IMG/VR virus record: IMGVR_UViG_3300042922_000233
Span: 1 to 39,538 of that record
Reading direction: 5' to 3' (one strand)
Source: a virus
Length of the DNA stretch: 39,538 nucleotides
A program made the translations under genes and the position numbers. The notes under the pieces were generated by a model. It was not told the DNA's origin. It did not search any database and worked only from the letters and a program-made list of their open reading frames with translations. Below are positions 1-7,885 of the stretch, one piece after another. Positions within the stretch are counted from its first letter, which is position 1. Every line of letters begins with the position of its first letter.

Positions 1-127
1 TCTTTACAGTGGTGATCTGGTTGCCATGGAGAAACTCATTATCCTCATGATTGACTAATAGAATTAAATCAACCCATGCCTGTCCTTTGGTGAATGGCTT
101 ATCTTCCCATAACCAGTGATCTGTTAA
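1..127. repeat. Terminal direct repeat copy 1 (identical to 39412..39538); most likely circular-assembly overlap or terminal redundancy
   Basis: Base-by-base comparison: tctttacagtggtgatctgg...aaccagtgatctgttaa occurs at both ends. Confidence 0.95.
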
Positions 128-157
128 TTGCCGGCTTATGCTTACCCAGCCTTCCAA
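1..157 (-). CDS. Replisome organizer / DnaD-like replication protein, N-terminal segment (the gene wraps the window ends; it continues as 39411..38762 on the circle)
   Basis: A TTG at 157-155 sits directly after the TAA of the upstream gene. Reading MEGWVSISRQLTDHWLWEDKPFTKGQAWVDLILLVNHEDNEF... is in frame with the open frame that reaches the right window edge. The KGQAWVDLILL..NHED..G..I...RG....S...LA.RWGWS motif is typical of phage replisome-organizer N-terminal winged helices. Confidence 0.75.
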   Translation of the reverse strand, partial: MEGWVSISRQLTDHWLWEDKPFTKGQAWVDLILLVNHEDNEFLHGNQITTVK

Positions 158-640
158 TTAATCACCGCCCAACAAAATCGATAGATTATAACGATAATTT
201 ACTTTTAGTTTCCTTCCGGGGATAACCAAACTGATACCGTCTAAATCTTTCTCATTAAAACTTTTTTTTGCGGATGTACTGCGGATCAGTTCAAAATTAT
301 TGATTGGAAGAAAATATGTATTACCGGTATCTCTAAAGTTACAAATGAACCCGGCTACTATACCGTACTTACTCGCCTTTATCAGTTCATTAATCTGGTG
401 TTCCTTTATCTTTGGGTTGCTTCCTACGTAGCTTATCGCTCCGCTCTGCACGCTCTTTAATTCAAGACTATACATATTAGGCTTTTTAAATAAAACTTGA
501 TCATATGGGCTTTTAAGTGCAAACCGCTGTGTGCTGTTTTCTATGTCAAATCCTATACTGGAATCAGGTAGCCTGAGGTAATAGGTATCTTCCGGTATGG
601 ATTTTTTAAAGTTTTCTTCAAATACTTTTCCAGGATTCAA
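158..640 (-). CDS. recU: RecU-like Holliday junction resolvase (PD-(D/E)XK fold)
   Basis: 160 aa with a TTG start after GAAAGGAG. The pattern YDQVLF...YSLELKS (D...ExK), KEHQI, GxxxGF and YFLP parallels B. subtilis RecU (DYNG..FEAKET..HQIEH..G..F). Confidence 0.65.
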   Translation of the reverse strand: MNPGKVFEENFKKSIPEDTYYLRLPDSSIGFDIENSTQRFALKSPYDQVLFKKPNMYSLELKSVQSGAISYVGSNPKIKEHQINELIKASKYGIVAGFICNFRDTGNTYFLPINNFELIRSTSAKKSFNEKDLDGISLVIPGRKLKVNYRYNLSILLGGD

Positions 641-750
641 TTTGACTCCTTTCTCCCGGGATGGCTTCGTCTTTCCACCCCGGAAATAAAATAGTTATAA
701 TAAATTCGGATAAGGAATGTGATATGCTAGCCTTAACCAGAATCAATATG

Positions 751-1383
751 TTATTTGATAATAATTCCATATACCTTGTGTTTGTCCTCAAATCTTGCAT
801 TTCCGATGGTATGACACTCAGTATGATGTGTCCTACAAAGGCATATTTTACGTTTTAAGCTGTCATCTACCTCGGTGCGATCATTTCCCATGCCTATCGC
901 ATCCCAATGGTGTATCTCGCCATGTCTACCGCATACTGCACACTTTTTGTTTTTGATGCATGCATAAAGGTAATGGTTAATATCATCGGTCCGGTTGATA
1001 CCGAGATCATCAAGTATGATCCCATGCTCCAATGCAAAGTCCATCAAATAATTAATGTATCCTCTGGCAGTATCCATTGAGCAATCACTAAGGCTGAATT
1101 TTTCACCACCGGATTGAGCTATATATCTGAATTTCATTTCTTCTTTCAGATATTCTGGATAATCTCCTACATGCCTTGCTATATCGGCTATGGTTGCATA
1201 TGCTTTCTTTCGCTGTTCTGCCGAAATGGTTCGTCCATCATCAAGCCAGATACCACAACTATTAATATGCTTTTCTAATATAGGATCCTTGAGGTTTACA
1301 CCATCGATATGTATTTGTAAGGCTGTACCTTTATCGGTAAGCTTGTAAGCTGTAATTTTAGCTACTTCATACATGATAATCAC
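751..1383 (-). CDS. Putative HNH-like nuclease (phage HNHc-type Cys/His protein)
   Basis: 210 aa. The C-terminal CAVCGRHGEIHHWDAIGMGNDR...ICLCRTHHTECHTIG has a CxxC...HH...CxC..HH..CH metal-binding HNH-like signature common in Gram-positive phage replication modules. Confidence 0.6.
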   Translation of the reverse strand: MIIMYEVAKITAYKLTDKGTALQIHIDGVNLKDPILEKHINSCGIWLDDGRTISAEQRKKAYATIADIARHVGDYPEYLKEEMKFRYIAQSGGEKFSLSDCSMDTARGYINYLMDFALEHGIILDDLGINRTDDINHYLYACIKNKKCAVCGRHGEIHHWDAIGMGNDRTEVDDSLKRKICLCRTHHTECHTIGNARFEDKHKVYGIIIK

Positions 1384-1391
1384 ACTTTCAA

Positions 1392-2945
1392 CTAGATTAG
1401 GTATTTATCAACCAGCCCTACAATATTACAATCGGTCTTACTGTTCCATATGTCCCAAAAATCAATGGTTCTTGATAGAGGACGTTCTTTAGCTAGTTCT
1501 ACCTGGATCTTTAAAGGAATTGGAACTGCATCTCCAATAATTAAAACCTCGCCGGGATTAAACATCGTTACAGAGTCGATTATCTTATCATCACCGTCAG
1601 GCAGCATTCCTTTTATCATGCTCTTATCATTCTCATTATTGAGTTTTGACACAACAAAATTTGCACATTGAGCAACAATTGTTTTATTTAATTCTGATGG
1701 CCTCTGAGTAGCTGGGAGAAGAGTTATACCGAACTTTCTACCTTCCTTGGCTATATCCTCAAACACTTCTACCATCCTACGTTGGCTTGCTGACAGTTGA
1801 AAATTATTAGGGATGTACACATGAGCTTCATCACAAACAATGGTTACAGGGCGAATATCTTTGATATCCTGCAACCTCTGAATATCAAACAACATACGTG
1901 TAATAACTCCGATAATTGGTAATGCTACATCGTGCGGAATATCAGACAAGTCAATGTTTTTAATTGGTTTATCATTTCCGAGAATGGAATTTATCACATT
2001 GTGCAAATAGTTCTGGCCTTTTTCTACGAAAAGGAATTCATATCTGCTATCTGATATTCTGTCTTTTAGTATGTTGATAGTGCTTGTTAACTTGCCGTTG
2101 TATTCTCCCTTTGTGGTCTTTGCCATACCAGCCTTATCGCCAGTCTTGTAAAATTCGCCGGTAGCAACATCCTGATTATCAAGATATTCCATTTCTTTTA
2201 TCAGATCAGAGTAATCAAAGTATACTGGTCTATTTTCTTTGCCATTCTCGCAAACAGAATAATAGCATTTCCTAAGAGCTGTCATTACTGTCGTTGCCGT
2301 CTCTTCTCTGATCCTCAAAATGTTATTTACTATGTCATTGAATCCAAACATCCATATTGGGAAAGGAAACTCTTCACCGATTTTGATATTTGACACATAC
2401 GACATTTTGCTATATTCTCCGTGAATATCGAATACAACGATATTCGTGCCAGGCAATTTTGCGGATTCCTCAAGTATTTTAGCAACCGTTTCAGACTTAC
2501 CAGATCCGGTATTGCCGACAATACATGCATGGCGCTGAAAGAATTTATTACCATTAACCAGTACCGGGAAGTCATACGCAACATATTTTCCGATATCAAA
2601 ACTTTCTTTCGCCTGTGTCGATAACATGGCGGAAAATGCCTTAGAATCGATTCTTGCTATATTTACATTGGTTGTTGGATACAAATCGATTGCCTTTACA
2701 AATCGCTTGCCTTTAAGGCTGCCAATTATTGAGCATTCGATGGTTTTTATTCCGGTTAATTCGCTTATGTAATCTTCTTCACCGATGTTGCATGAAGTGT
2801 CTGTATCTGTTAGCCCTATAACCATTGCAACCAGGTTAACACTTTCATCGTATACGGATAACAAATCATTAATCCTGATATCACTAAACTCTGACTGATT
2901 GGTTCGTATCTGGATGCTATCACTTAATATTTTTACAAGTTTCAA
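1392..2945 (-). CDS. HerA/FtsK-superfamily (DUF87-type) P-loop ATPase
   Basis: 517 aa. Walker A is GNTGSGKS, Walker B is TIVCDEAH, and ATQRPSEL lies downstream. The N-terminal roughly 120 aa is barrel-like, as in HerA. Confidence 0.7.
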   Translation of the reverse strand: MKLVKILSDSIQIRTNQSEFSDIRINDLLSVYDESVNLVAMVIGLTDTDTSCNIGEEDYISELTGIKTIECSIIGSLKGKRFVKAIDLYPTTNVNIARIDSKAFSAMLSTQAKESFDIGKYVAYDFPVLVNGNKFFQRHACIVGNTGSGKSETVAKILEESAKLPGTNIVVFDIHGEYSKMSYVSNIKIGEEFPFPIWMFGFNDIVNNILRIREETATTVMTALRKCYYSVCENGKENRPVYFDYSDLIKEMEYLDNQDVATGEFYKTGDKAGMAKTTKGEYNGKLTSTINILKDRISDSRYEFLFVEKGQNYLHNVINSILGNDKPIKNIDLSDIPHDVALPIIGVITRMLFDIQRLQDIKDIRPVTIVCDEAHVYIPNNFQLSASQRRMVEVFEDIAKEGRKFGITLLPATQRPSELNKTIVAQCANFVVSKLNNENDKSMIKGMLPDGDDKIIDSVTMFNPGEVLIIGDAVPIPLKIQVELAKERPLSRTIDFWDIWNSKTDCNIVGLVDKYLI

Positions 2946-3685
2946 TTTTTATCCTCCAATAATTCATTGTATTTTCTGATGGTTGATGTTTTAACAGACT
3001 TGCAGTAATCACACACTCCGCAATGCACCGGATCAATAACGCCTGTTTTAACATTAATAAAGTGAGGTATATGTTCCTGTATTTCTTCAAGCGCCGAATC
3101 CAATGTAGGCTGCAGGATTTGGAATATATCAAAATCAGTAACTCTTTCTTTTGTGGCTGCCGCTAGATAAAATGGAAGTCTTTTGCCAGTATCAATTTCA
3201 ACACCAGCCTGATAGATACCTCCTTGAAGGTCATACCTCCATAATGGCATCGTCTTAAAATTAGCCACAACCTTTAAATCAGTAATGCAAATACTATCGA
3301 TATAACTATCCATTTTGATCTTCCACTTGACACCAAATAGCTCAAAGGTAACAATTTTCTGCTTTTCCCCATTCAGAAATCTCATGAAATTATGATCGCT
3401 TTTCACCCTGGAAATAATCTCGTTTGCTTTCTTAAACTCGCTTCTAAGCTCGCTCTTTCTGGTAAATATCTCCGGGTTCTCATTCATAAATTGAGGAAGC
3501 GTTCCTTCGAAATATGAATCAACAAAAGATCCTATAAGTAGCGGTTTTGTAATCTGCTGATTATACTTACCGCGTAACTTCGCCAAAGCCATAGCCTCGC
3601 ACTTCATGAAATCTTTATACTGAGAAACAGACATAAACTCCATATTCGCCTCGGAACTATAATAATTCTCATTGGTCAGTTGCAT
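2942..3685 (-). CDS. PD-(D/E)XK exonuclease (RecE/Cas4-like, partner of RecT)
   Basis: 247 aa with an ICITDLKV (D-x-K) core. One N-terminal Cys (FMKCEA) plus a C-terminal CGVCDYC triad resemble Fe-S RecB-family nucleases. The gene overlaps and follows recT. Confidence 0.65.
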   Translation of the reverse strand: MQLTNENYYSSEANMEFMSVSQYKDFMKCEAMALAKLRGKYNQQITKPLLIGSFVDSYFEGTLPQFMNENPEIFTRKSELRSEFKKANEIISRVKSDHNFMRFLNGEKQKIVTFELFGVKWKIKMDSYIDSICITDLKVVANFKTMPLWRYDLQGGIYQAGVEIDTGKRLPFYLAAATKERVTDFDIFQILQPTLDSALEEIQEHIPHFINVKTGVIDPVHCGVCDYCKSVKTSTIRKYNELLEDKN

Positions 3686-4505
3686 TTTGTTCCTCCTGAT
3701 TTACTGCAAACGGGTCAATAACATCATTATTAGGCTGCGTATCTGGATTGTCAGTGTAAGTATCTGTTCCATCAGAATCATATACTTTCTGGTCATCTTG
3801 GATGGCTCTCTGCATATCGATGGTTAAAATCCCCCATCTGCTAAGCAATAGCTTAAGAACGGTTTTTTTAGCCATTGCTTCGAAGTCAGTAGACCATTTA
3901 CTAGATGTCCAATTTTTCTCCAAGTCCTTTTTGTAACTGGAAGAGTAAGTCATAGCGTGGTTTCTTACTTCATCTACATTCATAAATAGTTCTTTTTTAA
4001 AACCAGTAAGCAGCTTAAACCATGCGTAGTATCCTACAACTTTATCCTTCTTCCCTTCTTTGCGCTGTTTGCAAGTCGAAAATATTTTTGTGAATTGCAA
4101 TTCCCCTGTTATAGGGTTATAATCTATTAATTCATCCTCATAAACTTCTGAAACATTCATGTTTTCATATGCGCCAGATCTTACGGCAAGTTGTACAAAC
4201 CCTTTATACATCATCTGAAATTGGGCTTTAAATATTTTCGATTTGTTGTCGTAGTAAGGAACAATTGCACTAAACCCTAAATTGCTATCTATGGGAAGAT
4301 CATATGTTGCAGCTACTAAAGCCGATGAAATAATAGACTGAGAGTCACAATTTTGCAAAGATGCATTGCTGCGAATTGCATTTGTAATTGAAGCCATAAA
4401 CTGCGGAGCCTTATCCCTCAATACGTTTTCAAATTTTGATTTTATATTGTCTTGATTAAAGTACTGTTGTACCTGTACTAATGCATTTTCATTCGCCATA
4501 CTCAT
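3669..4505 (-). CDS. recT: RecT-family single-strand annealing recombinase
   Basis: 278 aa. KFENVL..KAPQFMASI......LQNCDSQSIISSALVAATYDLPIDSNLGFSAIVPY matches the RecT family N-terminal core. The C-terminal tail is acidic. Confidence 0.8.
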   Translation of the reverse strand: MSMANENALVQVQQYFNQDNIKSKFENVLRDKAPQFMASITNAIRSNASLQNCDSQSIISSALVAATYDLPIDSNLGFSAIVPYYDNKSKIFKAQFQMMYKGFVQLAVRSGAYENMNVSEVYEDELIDYNPITGELQFTKIFSTCKQRKEGKKDKVVGYYAWFKLLTGFKKELFMNVDEVRNHAMTYSSSYKKDLEKNWTSSKWSTDFEAMAKKTVLKLLLSRWGILTIDMQRAIQDDQKVYDSDGTDTYTDNPDTQPNNDVIDPFAVNQEEQNATDQ

Positions 4506-4620
4506 ATTCCTCCGATTCTATATTCTCTTCTGACTCAAATCTTTCATATAGCCTTTCTAAACGATCACGTTCATTCAATATGTATTGACCTATACTTTCA
4601 TTGTCAGGGATGTAACTCAT
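4489..4620 (-). CDS. Small hypothetical protein (43 aa, acidic); not in the ORF track
   Basis: ATGA start/stop overlap with the upstream ORF (4617-4620), and its stop overlaps the recT start. MSYIPDNESIGQYILNERDRLERLYERFESEENIESEEYEYGE. Confidence 0.4.
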   Translation of the reverse strand: MSYIPDNESIGQYILNERDRLERLYERFESEENIESEEYEYGE

Positions 4621-4808
4621 TTAAAAATATCATCCCCTTCATTTTTCTTAATAGATAATACGAATCCCAGTATGTCTGCTGCTTCTTCCTGACCAATGAA
4701 GGAGTTTTTAGTCACCCTAACCTTGAGGACTTCTGCCCTTGTCTCCATATCTAATAACTGCTCTAATCTGCTATATGGTATAGTTACCATTAATTCATTC
4801 TCTGGCAT
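4617..4808 (-). CDS. Hypothetical protein (63 aa)
   Basis: ORF in the operon orientation, translationally coupled to its neighbours. Confidence 0.5.
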   Translation of the reverse strand: MPENELMVTIPYSRLEQLLDMETRAEVLKVRVTKNSFIGQEEAADILGFVLSIKKNEGDDIFK

Positions 4809-4824
4809 AACTGCACATCCTTTC

Positions 4825-5241
4825 TTAAATCCTCATTAATCGTTCCGCAATCTTTCTGGCACAATCCCAACAAATATCTAAATAATCATCCGGGACTAAG
4901 TCTGTTGATCCGCAATGCTTACACCTTGGCTTGCACACAAAGCATTTGACTTCTCTAATTATTTGTGATATTTTACATTTAAAGTTTATTATGCATTGGC
5001 CTGTCGGGAGTTGGCGCTCCTGCAGGTCGTTTTTATTGCTGTAATACTTGTTAATTAGGTACGCATCTAGGCAAAATACCAATATGCCGAAGCTTGTACG
5101 AATTAGAAACTGCCGCACTGTAATTACATCACACTCTAATGCTCCGAACTGGCCTATTATGTACCATAAAGAAACAAGGAATAGTACCGAGGCTATAAAG
5201 CCTAATATTTTACTTTTCAAGCTTGTCCTCCTCTCGCTCAA
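4825..5241 (-). CDS. Membrane protein with C-terminal zinc-ribbon (CxxC...CxxC)
   Basis: 138 aa with two hydrophobic helices (ILGFIASVLFLVSLWYIIGQF; SFGILVFCLDAYLI), then CKHCGS...CWDC. Confidence 0.5.
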   Translation of the reverse strand: MSERRTSLKSKILGFIASVLFLVSLWYIIGQFGALECDVITVRQFLIRTSFGILVFCLDAYLINKYYSNKNDLQERQLPTGQCIINFKCKISQIIREVKCFVCKPRCKHCGSTDLVPDDYLDICWDCARKIAERLMRI

Positions 5242-5356
5242 TATCAGCTAGGGTTAGCGAGGTAAAGACGGCAACTATAGTTATCTTTTCATCCGGTATA
5301 AGTCCCTCCTTCGCCAGTGCCCGGGCTATCTTTTCTGCTTTCTGTCGATTTGTCAT
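5210..5356 (-). CDS. Small hypothetical protein (48 aa); not in the ORF track
   Basis: GGAGGTATCC precedes the ATG at 5356. MTNRQKAEKIARALAKEGLIPDEKITIVAVFTSLTLADIEREEDKLEK. It overlaps the next ORF start by 32 nt. Confidence 0.45.
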   Translation of the reverse strand: MTNRQKAEKIARALAKEGLIPDEKITIVAVFTSLTLADIEREEDKLEK

Positions 5357-5366
5357 GGATACCTCC

Positions 5367-6197
5367 TTATATTCTTATCCCGGTGATATCATAAAACTTC
5401 TCGGGATCAAAGTTAGGAATATTCTGAATCGTGCATTTATCATTCTGAGATAATCCAGCCCACCACTCAACACAGCAAGTACTTGTGTCATTATCCTTTA
5501 GGTACCCTCTTGTGGTTTCATACTCAGGATGATCCTTCTTTTCTTGCGCGGACATGTCACTCTCGCAAATCCAATCAGTAGGTCTGAAATCAATATTACG
5601 GAGCAGTCTATAAGCTCTTGTGTTTCTCCACTCATTCAAAGTCATTTCGCTCGGTTTATCAAAGATATGTATTTCGTGGTCAATGCTGTTAAAACAGCCG
5701 GAGTTCCCATTGCCGGAGTTCCAATCGCCGGAGTTCCTATTGCCGGAGTTCCCATTGCCGGAGTTCCTATTGCCGGAGTTCCCATTGCCGGAGTTCCTAT
5801 TGCCGGAGTTCCCATTGCCGGAGTTCCTATTGCCGGAGTTCCCATTGCCGGAGTTCCAATCGCCGGAGTTCCAATCGCCGGAGTTTGACAAACCGCTGTT
5901 ACCTTTACCACTGTTCACGGTTGTTAGCAATTCACTCCATGGGATTTCACGGATGATATGTATCTTATTCGTGCTACACTTGTCACCTTCTTCTGCGATT
6001 TCTCCAAGAGCCTCAATCTCAGCAACCTTATTATTTAGATCAAATTCGTAGTAACCGAAGCAATCAGCTGCAATCTGGCAGAAATGGAATCCTCTGTTGC
6101 ATAAGCTTGGCGATGCTTCCATTTCGTAGGTTTGTCCTACTTCATACTGAAAATTTCTACATGTCCAATTTGGATTAAATACCTTGAAACCTTTCAT
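5367..6197 (-). CDS. Pentapeptide-period (NSGxx) repeat protein with Cys/His-containing N-terminal domain
   Basis: 276 aa. The centre is NSGDW/NSGNG/NSGNR repeated about 16 times. The N-terminal roughly 90 aa (KVFNPNWTCRNFQYEVGQTY...LCNRGFHFC) and the C-terminal roughly 100 aa are non-repetitive. Confidence 0.75.
   Translation of the reverse strand: MKGFKVFNPNWTCRNFQYEVGQTYEMEASPSLCNRGFHFCQIAADCFGYYEFDLNNKVAEIEALGEIAEEGDKCSTNKIHIIREIPWSELLTTVNSGKGNSGLSNSGDWNSGDWNSGNGNSGNRNSGNGNSGNRNSGNGNSGNRNSGNGNSGNRNSGDWNSGNGNSGCFNSIDHEIHIFDKPSEMTLNEWRNTRAYRLLRNIDFRPTDWICESDMSAQEKKDHPEYETTRGYLKDNDTSTCCVEWWAGLSQNDKCTIQNIPNFDPEKFYDITGIRI
5697..5876. repeat. Coding tandem repeat: 12 units of 15 bp (gccggagttccNatY), including 4 perfect copies of a 30-bp unit at 5727-5846
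   Basis: Counted directly from the sequence. It encodes the NSGxx repeats on the minus strand. Confidence 0.95.
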
Positions 6198-6256
6198 CTT
6201 CTTATTTCCTCCTTTTTATTTTGACCATATTGTTAATGTCAACAAAATGGTATGTG

Positions 6257-6943
6257 TTACATTACTAATTGAGCATTAGCATCCGTGACCTCTTCAAATA
6301 ACACCAGAGGAAGTGTATATGCTTCTATTACCTTAACCGCCTTATCTGTCTGTGATCTCTTAATAGCCTTGTATGTATCAATCCCAAACTGTCGGCGGAG
6401 TTCTCGGTGGATATCGGAATATACCTTTCCGCGAAGGGATTTGTCTTTGTAGGCATTAGAGTCTTTACCGCCTAAGCAGCTTACGCCTTTTTTCTTGATT
6501 GCCGATGTGATCCGGCTCTCTTCGATTCCGAGGATAGGCATGTCCATCTTGAAGGCCTGTAGATCATCGTTGACGGAATCAACCTTTTGGCTTACTTCAA
6601 GAGTTGCATTTTTTAATATGTCTAGGTATGATGTCGGCGCTTTTAATTTATCTTCCATATCATGGAACCGGTTAATATACTTCGCGGTGAATACTGCACC
6701 TTTAACACCGGTAAGTTTGTTAGCTATGAACTCGCAACCTTTCTTTGTAACCATGTAGCATGGAAGCGTTTTATTCTGATCGCTTTGGTAAGTACTTTCT
6801 GTAAAGAAATCGGTGAGGGAGATTTTCCCCTCTCCTAATTGTTCAGAATATCTTCTGATATCTTTCAATAAATCGTTATGAGGTTTCTCAACCATTTCTG
6901 CTACCTCTACTGATGTTAATGATTTTTGTTCTAATTGATTCAA
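6257..6943 (-). CDS. Rha-family phage regulatory protein / antirepressor-like
   Basis: 228 aa. The N-terminal LTSVEVAEMVEKPHNDLLKDIRRY is the typical Rha signature. Confidence 0.7.
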   Translation of the reverse strand: MNQLEQKSLTSVEVAEMVEKPHNDLLKDIRRYSEQLGEGKISLTDFFTESTYQSDQNKTLPCYMVTKKGCEFIANKLTGVKGAVFTAKYINRFHDMEDKLKAPTSYLDILKNATLEVSQKVDSVNDDLQAFKMDMPILGIEESRITSAIKKKGVSCLGGKDSNAYKDKSLRGKVYSDIHRELRRQFGIDTYKAIKRSQTDKAVKVIEAYTLPLVLFEEVTDANAQLVM

Positions 6944-6959
6944 ATAAAATCCTCCTTTA

Positions 6960-6988
6960 TGGTATAATATGTAATGTTGTGGTATAAT
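6960..6988 (+). promoter_or_regulatory. Two tandem extended -10 boxes (TGGTATAAT at 6960-6968 and 6980-6988)
   Basis: Exact TGnTATAAT twice, 20 bp apart, upstream of the plus-strand gene 7037..7279. Confidence 0.5.
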
Positions 6989-7036
6989 CTCCTTATCGCT
7001 GCCAGGCGAAGTACTTAAGAAAGGAGATTGAGAGAT

Positions 7037-7279
7037 ATGCCTAATATCATAAAAACTGCACTATCTCAGATCGATACTGAACAAGCTTCATATGATATGG
7101 CGCTTGTTTATGCCAAGTCTAAATTAGAAGAAGCTATAAAAAATGATACATTTGGCGGTAGGTCAATGCCGGAAGATGTGGCTCAAATGGAATTCTTAGC
7201 AGAAGAATTTTATAGAGCTTTCGGTTATTATTCCAACATGACCGATGAATCTATTAAGTATTTGATTGATCACGAATAA
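7037..7279 (+). CDS. Hypothetical protein (80 aa) encoded opposite to the surrounding early operon
   Basis: AGAAAGGAG lies 10 nt before the ATG at 7037. The TTG at 7028 in the track is too close to the SD. Confidence 0.55.
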   Translation: MPNIIKTALSQIDTEQASYDMALVYAKSKLEEAIKNDTFGGRSMPEDVAQMEFLAEEFYRAFGYYSNMTDESIKYLIDHE

Positions 7280-7457
7280 CTGTTTTGTTATATACCAACC
7301 TATCAAGTAGAGCTTTTGTTATTTCGTATTCAGCAATGGTTAGGCTATCGTGGCTGCAAATTAGAAACATTGATTCTGCGGTAGCCTCTAACCTTGTATT
7401 TCTTTCATTAATACTTTCAAATTCATATGACTTTCCATTTTTCATATCTTGTTTCAA
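7254..7457 (-). CDS. Hypothetical early protein (67 aa)
   Basis: AAAGGAGG lies upstream. The 3' end overlaps the convergent gene 7037..7279 by 26 nt. Confidence 0.5.
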   Translation of the reverse strand: MKQDMKNGKSYEFESINERNTRLEATAESMFLICSHDSLTIAEYEITKALLDRLVYNKTVIRDQSNT

Positions 7458-7525
7458 TTATGTTTTCCTCCTTTCCTTTAACTGATACTATTTTGTTCAC
7501 TGTATTCTCATTTCTAACCAATTAC

Positions 7526-7542
7526 CGTTCACTATTCGCAAC
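7526..7542. promoter_or_regulatory. Operator-like 17-mer CGTTCACTATTCGCAAC, distal copy (just 3' of the cro-like gene)
   Basis: Perfect identity with 7821..7837. Confidence 0.55.
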
Positions 7543-7544
7543 TC

Positions 7545-7778
7545 TCAGGGTAAAAAAATTTCTTCTATCTTTAATGGTGCTTGTCCCTCCTTTGCACGTT
7601 TTTTATTGAAAGCTGCTTGTATAATTAGCATTTCTCTTAAACTAATATCAGCTTTCCCATTTTCTTTAGAGCAATAATAGGATTTCTTGCACCCGATTAG
7701 AGTAGCTACATCTTCCTGCCTTAAATGTAAAACGCTTCTCCAATACTTAAGTTTATGTAGTTTGGTGTCGTTTCTCAA
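7545..7778 (-). CDS. Cro-like XRE-family HTH regulator
   Basis: 77 aa. LRQEDVATLIGCKKSYYCSKENGK is an HTH. It is divergent from the CI-like gene and is the first gene of the leftward operon. Confidence 0.7.
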   Translation of the reverse strand: MRNDTKLHKLKYWRSVLHLRQEDVATLIGCKKSYYCSKENGKADISLREMLIIQAAFNKKRAKEGQAPLKIEEIFLP

Positions 7779-7820
7779 TATTATTGTACCCTCCTTCCAT
7801 TGTTTGTCTATATGTTGTGT

Positions 7821-7837
7821 CGTTCACTATTCGCAAC
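7821..7837. promoter_or_regulatory. Operator-like 17-mer CGTTCACTATTCGCAAC, proximal copy (immediately downstream of the leftward -10)
   Basis: Perfect identity with 7526..7542. It lies between the TATACT -10 and the cro-like RBS. Confidence 0.55.
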
Positions 7838-7846
7838 CACAAGTTG

Positions 7847-7875
7847 AGTATAGGCCCCTTTTTTTTATTTGTCAA
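7847..7875 (-). promoter_or_regulatory. Leftward early promoter (TTGACA-17-TATACT)
   Basis: The reverse complement of 7870-7875 is TTGACA, the spacer is 17 nt, and the reverse complement of 7847-7852 is TATACT. Confidence 0.6.
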
Positions 7876-7885
7876 CAACTTTTTG

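Noticed and set aside
618-800. 60-aa minus-strand ORF bridging the HNH-like and RecU-like genes
   Set aside because: It overlaps both neighbours and has no SD. The interval instead holds a hairpin (655-683) and the RecU RBS.
5697-5876. Regular 15/30-bp tandem repeats that might look like a CRISPR array
   Set aside because: The units are contiguous with no spacers. They lie wholly inside a long ORF and translate to the NSGxx repeat, so this is a coding tandem repeat and not CRISPR.
5529-6051. Three additional ORFs in the track (5529-5888 +, 5620-6051 +, 5642-5911 -) with repetitive translations (GVPIA..., PEF..., GTPAI...)
   Set aside because: They are alternative-frame or antisense shadows of the same DNA repeat. 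They have no RBS and are fully nested in the 5367-6197 gene.
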